NCBI GenBank assembly: GCA_964561455.1
Contig: CAZLPS010000008.1
Coordinates: 23,307 to 87,306, forward strand
Direction: 5' to 3'
Source: an uncultured Opitutales bacterium
Lineage (GTDB): Bacteria; Verrucomicrobiota; Verrucomicrobiia; Opitutales; JABDGR01
DNA: 64,000 bases
The translations under genes and the position numbers were made by a program. Positions within the stretch are counted from its first letter, which is position 1, and each line of letters opens with the position of its first letter. The notes under the pieces are model-generated. The model did no database searches and was not told the DNA's origin. It was given only the letters and a program-made list of their open reading frames with translations. Shown here piece by piece: positions 55,346-63,156 of this stretch.

Positions 55346-55705
55346 ATGAAAAAGCCGCTGGTGGTGGTCATCGAGCCCCGAATTCGCATCACTTGCGGCC
55401 GGCGTTTTGCGTTCGGGCCGGGCCAGGCGCAATTACTGGAAAACATTGCGCAGGCCGGTTCGATCGCCGCCGCCGCCAAGGCCATGCGCATGTCCTACAT
55501 GCGGGCCTGGATGCTGGTGAAGCGGATGAACCACGGCTTTACCGAGCCCTTGGTGGCCACGATTCGGGGCGGCGGTCAGCGGGGCGGCGCCCAATTGACC
55601 GCAACGGGCGGCAAGGTGCTCCGCCTTTACCGGGAAATTGAACTTCAAGGCCGAAGAGCGGCTCGCTCCAGCCAGCAAAACCTCGCGGCGTTGCTGCGCC
55701 ACTAA
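55346..55705 (+). CDS. ModE-N-terminal-like winged-helix transcription regulator (no TOBE domains)
   Basis: ATG 55346. ...FGPGQAQLLENIAQAGSIAAAAKAMRMSYMRAWMLVKRMNHGFTEPLVATIRGGGQRGGAQLTATGGKVLRLY matches the ModE N-terminal HTH pattern (GSis.AAk..gmSY..AW..i..mn...lv....GG..GGga.LT..G). Confidence 0.75.
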   Translation: MKKPLVVVIEPRIRITCGRRFAFGPGQAQLLENIAQAGSIAAAAKAMRMSYMRAWMLVKRMNHGFTEPLVATIRGGGQRGGAQLTATGGKVLRLYREIELQGRRAARSSQQNLAALLRH

Positions 55706-55921
55706 TCCCAAGGCAGGGAAGCCCGAAGCGGGTCAGAAGACTTGGTGTCAGCGGCCCATGCCGGGGCGGGAAATTCGTCACCCATCGGTCGCCCAATGGC
55801 TGGACGATTGGACTGCCGTGACGACTGCCGACTACCGCAAGGTTAATTTCACGCTCGAGGAATACACCTCCACCACGGTTATCAAGCCCATTGAACGCTC
55901 TATTCCCAGGAGTCAATTTGG

Positions 55922-57486
55922 CTAGGAGCCTGTCGGTCTTTGGCCGGGAAGCTGCTGTAGGGAAGCATGGCTGAAAACTACGTGAACATTGACCGAAAAA
56001 CGCCGCTGCTTTTGCCTGTGGATCTGCGGGAGTGGGTGCCCGACGAACATATTGTGCATTTTATCCTGGAGGCGCTGGAGGAAGTGCCGCTCTCGGGAGC
56101 CATCGTGAATGTGCGCGGCAGTGGCAGTGCGCAATACCCGCCGCGGATGCTGCTGGGGCTGCTTATTTATGGGTACGCGACTGGGCGGTTCAGTTCGCGG
56201 GGGATCGAGCGGGCGACGCATGACGATGTGGCGATGCGCTACCTGGCCGCCGACACCCATCCCGACCACGATACGATTTGCACGTTTCGGAACCGCAACG
56301 CGGCCTTGATCCAGGCGGCCTTTGTGCGGGTGTTGGAGTTGGCCAAGGAACTGGGGGTACTCAAAGTCGGCACGGTCAGCGTCGACGGGACCAAGGTGCT
56401 GGCCAACGCCAGCAAGCACAAGGCCGTCTTCCATGCGCGCGCCGGAGAGCAGATTGCACTGTTGGAAGCGGAAGTGGCGACGCTGCTGGAGCGGGCCGCG
56501 CAAGCCGACAGTGTCCCGTTGGCCAAGGGGCTGACACTGGAGGGCGAGTTGGCCCTGCGGCAAAGGCGACTGGCCAAATTGGGCGCGGCTCGCGCCGTCA
56601 TCGAAGAACGGGTCAAGGCGCGCGCGGCCGTCGCCCAGCAAGAGCACGCGGAGAAGCTGGCTGAGCGCGCCGCGCGCCAAGCCCGCGGCGACCGGGTGGG
56701 TCGGCCCCCGTCCCCGCCGGACGACACTCCCACGGGCAAGGAACAATTCAACTTTACCGATCCGCAGAGCCGCATCATGAAGGTCGGCAACGGTCGCCAC
56801 TTCGCGCAATGCTACAACGCCCAAGCCGGGGTGGACGCCGTGCCCGGTGGCAACCGCCTGATCGTTGGGGCGCGGGTCAGTGCCACGCCCAACGACAAGC
56901 AGCAACATCGTCCCCACGGTGCAAGCGGTGACGGCCATGGTCGGCGCGCCCACGGTAATATTGGCGGATAGCGGTTATTACAGTTAAAAGGCGGTCGCCC
57001 AAGTGGAGCAAAACCAGCCAACCCAAGTTTACGCCGCGATCAAACGCCAACCGCATCATCGCACCCTGGCCGACTTGGCCCCGCCGAGTGAGCCGGCCCC
57101 GCTGCCGCTGACCGCGACCGCCAGCGAACGCATGCACCACCGCGTGTCCCGACCCGAGGGGCGCGCGCTCTACCGCTTGCGCAAGGAAACCATCGAGCCG
57201 GTCTTTGGCATCATCAAAGAAGCCATGGGCTTCCGGCGCTTCAGCCTGCGCGGTCTGCCCAAAGTGTCGCTGGAATGGAACCTCGTGTGCCTAACCTACA
57301 ACCTGCGCCGCCTGTTTATCCTCCAAAATGCCTAAATCACACCGCAAACCGCCGTTTTGACCTGTCACAACCCGGTACTCATCGATTCCCTCGACGTCAG
57401 GTACCAGACGCCGCAAAAAACCGGCGGCACAAGGCCTTCGCCACTTCTTGGATTGACGGAAAAAAGTCAGACCGACAGGCTCCTAG
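55922..57486 (+). mobile_element. IS1182/IS5-like insertion sequence (about 1.56 kb) with perfect 18-bp terminal inverted repeats; transposase inactivated
   Basis: The left end ctaggagcctgtcggtct (55922-55939) is the exact reverse complement of the right end agaccgacaggctcctag (57469-57486). The outermost CTAG is palindromic. It could equally be a 4-bp CTAG target duplication, typical for IS5-type elements, flanking 14-bp inverted repeats. Confidence 0.85.
55967..57335 (+). pseudogene. IS1182/IS5-family DDE transposase, disrupted by one frameshift (about 56905) and one in-frame TAA (56985-56987)
   Basis: The N-terminal DUF772-like region reads ...PPRMLLGLLIYGYATGRFSSRGIERATHDDVAMRYLAADTHPDHDTICTFR. 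After ...ATPNDKQQ the homology continues in the +1 frame (IVPTVQAVTAMVGAPTVILADSGYYS) up to the TAA. It then continues in frame as KAVAQVEQNQ...RKETIEPVFGIIKEAMGFRRFSLRGLPKVSLEWNLVCLTYNLRRL (ORF 57003..57335). Confidence 0.85.
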
Positions 57487-57666
57487 GGTGACAAGGGCGC
57501 GAAAAACCAGCGCCTCGGTTTTGCTGCCCGGCAGCACGGATTGTTCAGGGATGGAAAATCGGCATTGGCAACCGCCTCCATGCCCACGCCCCCCATTTCC
57601 CATTAGCCCCAAACGACTAAGGACGATTCGTCCCAATTCCCTTGCTCCCTGCATCGGGCCCGACAG

Positions 57667-58590
57667 CTAATAATTAAAAATATAGGCCACGCGCAGCTCC
57701 CAACCGTACGGTCGCGGATGGCTGACCGGCAGATCCACCCCGGCCATGACCACCTGGCCGTGCCCCAGGCCCGTGCGGAAACCCGGCGTCAGCGTGATCA
57801 CCGTTTTGCCGCTGTTGCTGCCGCTCAAATCCGTCTGCCCGTAAATTTCGGCAAACGTCGTAAAGTTCGGCAAAGCGGCGGTGGGCTCCGTCCAGGTCTT
57901 GGCCAGGGAAACATCATAAGCCGTGTCCGTCTCTTTGGAACCAATGATATGCGGCCCGACATAACTGTCACCTTGCAGACTAAAGTAAAGGCCCATCCGA
58001 GTCCATCCCCAGGGCGTCAGGTCTTCCCAGCCGGCCAGCGCATAAGTGACCGTGGTCAGGTCATTGCCGATATTTTTGGCTGGAGAAATGACCTTCAAAT
58101 TCATCGCGTAAGAAGAACCCGGGATGTCAACCAACAGGAGCCGTCCAGCCAGGGCGAAGTTGGCAGCGTCAAAATCGCGATACCCCCGCGTATTGAGCCA
58201 CTCGTCATAAACCGTGGCCGTAATCATGACCCGGCGATTAAAACTTCGGGCGGCCTGGACGTCGAACAGGTCCACTGTGCGGTTCTTGGTGCTGTTGAGG
58301 TCTTGCTGGGTGAGAAAATCCGCCCGAACATCCTGGGCCAGGAAATTGGTCTGCACGCGGAGCAGCGCCATGTCCGGGGCGCCGCCCGGGACTTGCCGCT
58401 TGATCCAGGTTTGGTCCCAACCGTCGGTGAACAAGTTGGCCAGCGTCAGATTCGGCAAGTTTTCTGCGGATGCCTTCTGCGCCTGCAGTGGGCGGCAGAT
58501 TAAGGTCAACGAAAGCACCAAAACCAGCAGACGCGCGACTGGGACGAAGACGCCCCGCCCCCGGCAGGCAGATTGGACTGGGGCGGGCAA
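57667..58590 (-). CDS. outer-membrane beta-barrel-like protein (unknown family)
   Basis: ORF 57667..58761(-). The C-terminus ...WELRVAYIFNY ends in an aromatic residue, as in OMPs. The body shows alternating beta-strand-like patterns. The best signal peptide (MPAPVQSACRGRGVFVPVARLLVLVLSLTLICRPLQAQ) begins at TTG 58590. The ATG-containing upstream part is encoded by a heptamer repeat array and looks non-coding. The start is uncertain. Confidence 0.55.
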   Translation of the reverse strand: MPAPVQSACRGRGVFVPVARLLVLVLSLTLICRPLQAQKASAENLPNLTLANLFTDGWDQTWIKRQVPGGAPDMALLRVQTNFLAQDVRADFLTQQDLNSTKNRTVDLFDVQAARSFNRRVMITATVYDEWLNTRGYRDFDAANFALAGRLLLVDIPGSSYAMNLKVISPAKNIGNDLTTVTYALAGWEDLTPWGWTRMGLYFSLQGDSYVGPHIIGSKETDTAYDVSLAKTWTEPTAALPNFTTFAEIYGQTDLSGSNSGKTVITLTPGFRTGLGHGQVVMAGVDLPVSHPRPYGWELRVAYIFNY

Positions 58591-58723
58591 GATCGCAGAG
58601 TGGCCGAGAGCGGCGTAAGAGGAAGAGAGAGCTTTAATCGCCGTGGAGAACAAACGAAAACCATAAGGCAGGCAAATAAATATGGCCGCCGCCACCAGGG
58701 CCGGGGAGACGGGAGCGGGAGAG

Positions 58724-58758
58724 GAACGTTGAACAACGAACATCGAACATTGAACGTC
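58724..58758. repeat. degenerate heptamer array GAACGTT GAACAAC GAACATC GAACATT GAACGTC
   Basis: Read directly from the sequence. It is upstream of, or overlaps, the listed 5' end of the OMP ORF on the opposite strand. Confidence 0.9.
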
Positions 58759-58842
58759 CAAATTAAGAAGTTGGAGGTTGAAATTTGGAATGGGACGGGA
58801 GTTTTTCGGGGGTAGCCTGCGGCGGGTGAAGTGCTGGATTCA

Positions 58843-58891
58843 GTCAGGAGCTAGGAGATGGGAGACAGGAGTCAGGAGACAGGATACTGGG
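58843..58891. repeat. degenerate heptamer array GTCAGGA GCTAGGA GATGGGA GACAGGA GTCAGGA GACAGGA TACTGGG (six GGA motifs at 7-nt spacing)
   Basis: Read directly from the sequence. It lies in the OMP / MFS divergent intergenic region. Confidence 0.9.
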
Positions 58892-59070
58892 GCGGCATTC
58901 TAACTTCCAAATTCCAGATCCTGGTTTCTGCTCTTTGGCGATCTTAGCACAGATGGATTATAAAAGCGATGGCACCGCGTTGGTTGCGTTTGCCGGTACG
59001 GGAGAAAATTTGGAAAAGTTTCATGAAAGAGCAATTTTTTCCATGAGATTTTTGAGATTTGCGAAAAGGG

Positions 59071-59107
59071 TCGTCACATAATCGTGACATAATCGTAACT
59101 CTGTCAC
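59071..59107. promoter_or_regulatory. candidate operator upstream of the MFS gene: direct 11-mers TCGT(C/G)ACATAA x2 containing palindrome GTCAC-N6-GTGAC, plus a third GTCAC
   Basis: tcgtcacataa tcgtgacataa tcgtaactctgtcac. GTCAC is at 59073-59077 and GTGAC at 59084-59088. The site lies about 75-105 nt upstream of the TTG start at 59179. The function is inferred only. Confidence 0.2.
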
Positions 59108-59178
59108 AATTGGCGCGATAAGGGGAAGAGGCGCGGCAACGGGCATTTTTCCCACGATACATTTTTTTAGGAAACCCA

Positions 59179-60606
59179 TTGCGTCAAAAATCTCCAACCA
59201 GCGGCGGCGTTCCGCCCGCCCACGACCCGTACGTCTCCCTGAGGGAGCGGAACTTTCGCTTTTTCCTCTGCGGAAATGCGCTGTCAACCGTCGGCATGCA
59301 GATGCTGTCGCTGGCGGTCAGTTGGGAACTTTACAACACCACCCATTCCAAAACGGTCCTGGGATTGGTCAGCATAATCCAAGTAGTACCGTTTCTATTT
59401 CTGGCGATTCCCACCGGGCACCTGGCCGACCTGTTCAATCGCAAGTTTATCATCCTGATTGACCAACTGCTACTGACTTTCTCCGCCGCCACTTTGGGTT
59501 TCGCCTCCCTCGGGCGGGGGTCCATTCCGGATTGGCCGGTGGTGCACTGGGTAAACAGCCTGCTGTCCGGGCTGGCCGGATACTTCCATGAAACCGGTTG
59601 CGATTTCACCGCCCGGCACGTGCCATTCATGCTCGGGTTGCTGTTGGTCAACGCGGTTATTCGAACCGTCAATCAACCCGCCAAACAGGCGTTTCTGCCC
59701 CAACTGGTGCCCGCGAAGGCGTTTCCGAACGCCGTCATGTGGAATGCCGCCATGTACCAGAACTCGGTGATTGCGGGCATGATGCTCGGTGGCCTGATCC
59801 TGGCCTGGCTGCAATCTCATGCGTCCACCCGCGCCTCGAGTTATGCGGCGGTTTACTTCATCACGGCCGCCTGCCAGCTTGCCCAATGGATTTTCTTCCT
59901 CCCCATCCAATCGCTACCAGCGGCCCCGGTTCGCGAGCCCATCACCCTGAGGTCTTTGAATGCGGGCATTCGATTCGTCTGGCATACTGACGTCATACTG
60001 GCGGCGATTACCCTGGACCTCTTCGGCGTGCTGTTTGGCGGGGCGACCGCCCTCCTGCCGGTCTTCGCGAAGGACATTCTTGGGTGCGGTGTTCTGGGCC
60101 TTGGATTTCTGCGCGCTGCGCCCTCCGTCGGTGCCGCGATTGTTCCCGTCCTGCTGGCCTATCTGCCGCCCATCAAAAATAGTGGTCGCGCACTTTTGAT
60201 CACCGTGGCCGGCTTTGGCTTCGCGACCATCGGCTTCGGTCTCTCGAAGAGTTTTTATCTTTCTCTGGCTTGTCTCTTTTTCGTGGGCTTTTGCGACATC
60301 ATTTCCGCCATTATCCGCAACACCCTCGTGCAGATGCTTACGCCGGACGACCTGCGCGGGCGGGTTACGGCGGTCAAATCTGTTTTTAGCACTTCGTCCA
60401 ACCAACTTGGCGAGGCTGAGTCGTGTTTTATTGCCCTGCTATTCGGCCCGGTGGTCTCGGTGGTCAGCGGTGGCTTGGGCACCATCCTCGTCGTGGCGGC
60501 GGTTGCCGCCGCGTGGCCGCGATTGCGCAAGGTTGGCGCGCTCCATGATTGCCAGGCGCCCGCTGAACCCCAATCGGTTCAGGAGCCCATCCGTAACGTT
60601 GCCTGA
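59179..60606 (+). CDS. MFS transporter (EntS/MFS_3-like)
   Basis: 475 aa with about 12 hydrophobic segments. ...RNFRFFLCGNALSTVGMQMLSLAVSWELY... and ..PTGHLADLFNRKFII.. are typical of this MFS subgroup. TTG start. Confidence 0.75.
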   Translation: MRQKSPTSGGVPPAHDPYVSLRERNFRFFLCGNALSTVGMQMLSLAVSWELYNTTHSKTVLGLVSIIQVVPFLFLAIPTGHLADLFNRKFIILIDQLLLTFSAATLGFASLGRGSIPDWPVVHWVNSLLSGLAGYFHETGCDFTARHVPFMLGLLLVNAVIRTVNQPAKQAFLPQLVPAKAFPNAVMWNAAMYQNSVIAGMMLGGLILAWLQSHASTRASSYAAVYFITAACQLAQWIFFLPIQSLPAAPVREPITLRSLNAGIRFVWHTDVILAAITLDLFGVLFGGATALLPVFAKDILGCGVLGLGFLRAAPSVGAAIVPVLLAYLPPIKNSGRALLITVAGFGFATIGFGLSKSFYLSLACLFFVGFCDIISAIIRNTLVQMLTPDDLRGRVTAVKSVFSTSSNQLGEAESCFIALLFGPVVSVVSGGLGTILVVAAVAAAWPRLRKVGALHDCQAPAEPQSVQEPIRNVA

Positions 60607-60676
60607 CTGGCCGGGCCTTTCGCCCTGCTTCGTCCATCGGCCGGGTCCGAATCGTTCTCCGGCAATTGATTCGGGC

Positions 60677-60714
60677 AAAAAAAAACCGCCCGGTGGCGCG
60701 AGGCCACCGGGCGG
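60677..60714 (-). terminator. Rho-independent terminator of the porin gene (possibly also a barrier for the convergent MFS gene)
   Basis: Perfect 12-bp stem ccgcccggtggc (60686-60697) / gccaccgggcgg (60703-60714) with a 5-nt loop. On the minus strand it is followed by T9 (A-run 60677-60685). It lies about 34 nt after the porin stop. Confidence 0.8.
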
Positions 60715-60748
60715 CGAAACCAGATAACTGCATCAAGCTTTACGACGC

Positions 60749-62131
60749 TTAGAAGTTCAGCTGCATGCGGGCGCGAATCGCGCTCACTTCGGCGCGGGGG
60801 CCAGTGAGGTTGGCGGTGTTGATCGCGCCAATTGCTGACGTGGACCGGTTGCTGAATTCGGAGTATTCGTAGCCGAGCATGAACTTGACGGCGTTCTTCA
60901 TGATATACCAGTTCACGCCGACATAGAATTGCTGGGCGTCATTGAACAAAACGCCACCGGTGGTGACATTGTTTCCGTTACGCACAACGGAACTGATCCC
61001 CGTGCCGCGGCCATCCGTATTGAGGATGCCGTACTTGAGCACGAGTTCCCATTCGTCGGTAAACTTATACGACGGCGTAATGGTGAAGCCCATGGGCTCG
61101 GCGCGGCTATAACCGCTCAAAGCACTGAAGCGGCCATTGTCAATGAAGGCTTGCGCGAACTCGGCGTCGATTTGGAGAGCCTTGTTCCACGTCAAACGCA
61201 GGTAGGGGTTATAGCCCCACATGGTATTGGCCTGGTTGCCGGGAGCCGGCACGCCCGCGGCGCCATTGACGCTGTTGCCGTCCGGCGAAATGCCATAGTT
61301 GATGCCCACGGTGTAGGTGAGGTTCTCGTCGGATTGGTTGTCATATCCGGCATAGAGCCACGCACCGAACTTGTCCAAGCCGCCGACGGCCGTGTAGCCG
61401 CTGGAGTTCTGGATGCCGGTCGTGAAGGCGCCGCCGTAGATGAGGTTGTTCTTCTTGTCGTCGCCCAACTGGAACTTGCCATCATAGAATACGCCGTTGT
61501 GGCGATTGGCGAAGCCGAGCCGTCCGTTATTATTGGCCGTGTAAGCTTCGTCAAAGTAACGACTCATCATCGAACGCTCGACGGTCTTCACTTCGGCGGA
61601 AGACGTGAATTCTTCCTGCATGAAGTGCACCTTTTGGTAACCGACGGTCGCCAGGCCATTAAAGTCATCAAATTTCTTGGTGATGATGAGCTTTTCGAAC
61701 AAGTTCTGGGCCGCGTTACCGCCGCCAGCCTGCGTGCCAGTCGGAGCCTGGGCACCCGCCGCGAAGTCAAAGAGGATTTCCCCACCCCAGCCGTTGCCCA
61801 TGTCGAGCACGGCTCCCAAATAGGCACGGCGGATGAAGAATTGATCTTCTGCCGCAGGATTGAAGTTGCCCGCTCCTTTGTCGCTCGTGGAGACCGAGTC
61901 AAACTGCGACTGGACCATGCCTTCGATTTTTATGCCTTTGACATTTGCGGTGTCTTTGGCGGTGGCGGAAACGGCGGAGGTCTTGGCGAGGGTGGCGGCT
62001 TCGTCGGCGGTGATGACATTCTTCTTCACCAGCAGGTCGAGCGTAGCCTTGTCCTGCGCTTGCGCTGACAGGCTGCCGAGAGCGGCGAGGCCTGCCAGGA
62101 GGCTGAGCATTTTCAAGGAATGATTATTCAT
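60749..62131 (-). CDS. phosphate-selective porin O/P (OprO/OprP) family outer-membrane porin
   Basis: Signal peptide MNNHSLKMLSLLAGLAALGSLSAQA. N-terminal LDLLVKKNVITADEAATL helix, then ...FFIRRAYLGAVLDMGNGWGGEILFDFA... and the C-terminal ...RARMQLNF (terminal F). It is divergent from a DUF47-PiT phosphate transporter pair. Confidence 0.75.
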   Translation of the reverse strand: MNNHSLKMLSLLAGLAALGSLSAQAQDKATLDLLVKKNVITADEAATLAKTSAVSATAKDTANVKGIKIEGMVQSQFDSVSTSDKGAGNFNPAAEDQFFIRRAYLGAVLDMGNGWGGEILFDFAAGAQAPTGTQAGGGNAAQNLFEKLIITKKFDDFNGLATVGYQKVHFMQEEFTSSAEVKTVERSMMSRYFDEAYTANNNGRLGFANRHNGVFYDGKFQLGDDKKNNLIYGGAFTTGIQNSSGYTAVGGLDKFGAWLYAGYDNQSDENLTYTVGINYGISPDGNSVNGAAGVPAPGNQANTMWGYNPYLRLTWNKALQIDAEFAQAFIDNGRFSALSGYSRAEPMGFTITPSYKFTDEWELVLKYGILNTDGRGTGISSVVRNGNNVTTGGVLFNDAQQFYVGVNWYIMKNAVKFMLGYEYSEFSNRSTSAIGAINTANLTGPRAEVSAIRARMQLNF

Positions 62132-62199
62132 GAGGTTCAGGTTTTCTTAGGTTGAAGCGCACAGGAGAGCTGTGCGCCTAGACGTTTGTAGGCTAACCA

Positions 62200-62228
62200 T
62201 GTTACAGTCTTATGGCTGATTTGTTACA
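62200..62228. promoter_or_regulatory. candidate Pho-box-like direct repeats (TGTTACA ... 22 bp ... TGTTACA) in the porin / DUF47-PiT divergent promoter region
   Basis: TGTTACA occurs at 62200-62206 and 62222-62228, two helical turns apart. A further TTACAT is at 62277-62282. TT(A/T/C)ACA-type direct repeats with 11-bp phasing are the known PhoP/PhoB box architecture. There is no experimental or comparative support here. Confidence 0.2.
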
Positions 62229-62515
62229 TTTCGGTCTATTTTACGGCAAAAAATAGCTGGTTTCAAAATGCAGTTCTTACATAACTATCTTATCCTGAAA
62301 ATGTTATGTCTTGAAAACTTTGGGTTCGACCTGATATTGGTAAGTCGCCATTTTCAATCCGGCTCCAGTCGCTAAATTACCCGTTTCGCTCCTGACGTCT
62401 TGGGCTTATCCCTTGGTCTAAATGCACTTTGTCGCCAGTGGGACACCACGCGGGATATCGGCAGCGGGAGCGTTACCGATACGCCAATGCCCTCCTTTAT
62501 CAACCAAAGTCCATT

Positions 62516-63145
62516 ATGTTCTCCCTCCATCAGCTCTTCGGCAAAGGCGACCGTTTTCATCAACTCCTTGAATCCGCCGCCCAGGAGGCCTACGAAAGCG
62601 TCCGCCTCACCATCGAAATCATCAAGTCCCCCCGTGACACCGCCAAGCTCGACGAGCTGGTCCTCGCCCGCCGCAAGGAGAAGAAAATCTCCGAGCAAAT
62701 CAGCGAGGAACTGGTCAAAACCTTCGTGACTGGGCTGGAGCGCGAGGATATTGAGGCGCTGGCCCGGGGCCTTTACAAGATCCCCAAGACGGCGGAAAAA
62801 GTGGCCGAGCGGTTTCTAATTGCGACACCGCATCTGGGCGGCCTCGATTTCAACCGCCAGTCCGAGATGATGAGCAAGGCCACCGATGTGGTTTTGGAAA
62901 TGATCAAGCAGCTCCGCTCGATGAAGGATTTGGAAAAGATCAAGGGGCTCAACGACCGGTTGCAATACGTCGAAGGCGAAGCCGACAAGTTGATGAATGA
63001 ATTGCTGCGCGAATTGTACAGCGGCCAGTTCGACGCCCTGCGCGCCATTGTCCTCCGCGATTTGTATGAGCTCATGGAAAAGGTTATTGATCGTTGCCGG
63101 GACGTCGGCAATGTCGTCATGCACATCGTCCTGAAGAATTCGTAA
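62516..63145 (+). CDS. DUF47 (PhoU-like, YkaA-type) phosphate-transport accessory protein
   Basis: ATG 62516 gives MFSLHQLFGKGDRFHQLLESAAQ.... ...LEREDIEALARGLYKIPKTAEK... and ...YVEGEADKLMNELLRELY... are typical of DUF47. It lies immediately upstream of a PiT gene, the conserved pairing. Confidence 0.85.
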   Translation: MFSLHQLFGKGDRFHQLLESAAQEAYESVRLTIEIIKSPRDTAKLDELVLARRKEKKISEQISEELVKTFVTGLEREDIEALARGLYKIPKTAEKVAERFLIATPHLGGLDFNRQSEMMSKATDVVLEMIKQLRSMKDLEKIKGLNDRLQYVEGEADKLMNELLRELYSGQFDALRAIVLRDLYELMEKVIDRCRDVGNVVMHIVLKNS

Positions 63146-63156
63146 ATCCTCCGGCG

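Noticed and set aside
55757-55925. 55-codon ORF (MPGREIRHPSVAQWLDDWTAVTTADYRKVNFTLEEYTSTTVIKPIERSIPRSQFG) ending at the TAG inside the IS terminal CTAG.
   Set aside because: It has non-repetitive composition, but I recognise no homology, there is no clear start context, and it is short. I cannot support it as a gene from sequence alone.
56895-56990. Possible programmed ribosomal frameshift in the IS transposase.
   Set aside because: The required shift is +1 with no slippery A-AAA-AAG-type heptamer, and an additional in-frame TAA follows 80 nt later. Mutational decay is the simpler explanation.
62328-62342. tRNA-like T-loop string gggttcgacc.
   Set aside because: No flanking complementary T-stem, acceptor stem or anticodon arm could be built. 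No other tRNA-like cloverleaf was seen in the window.
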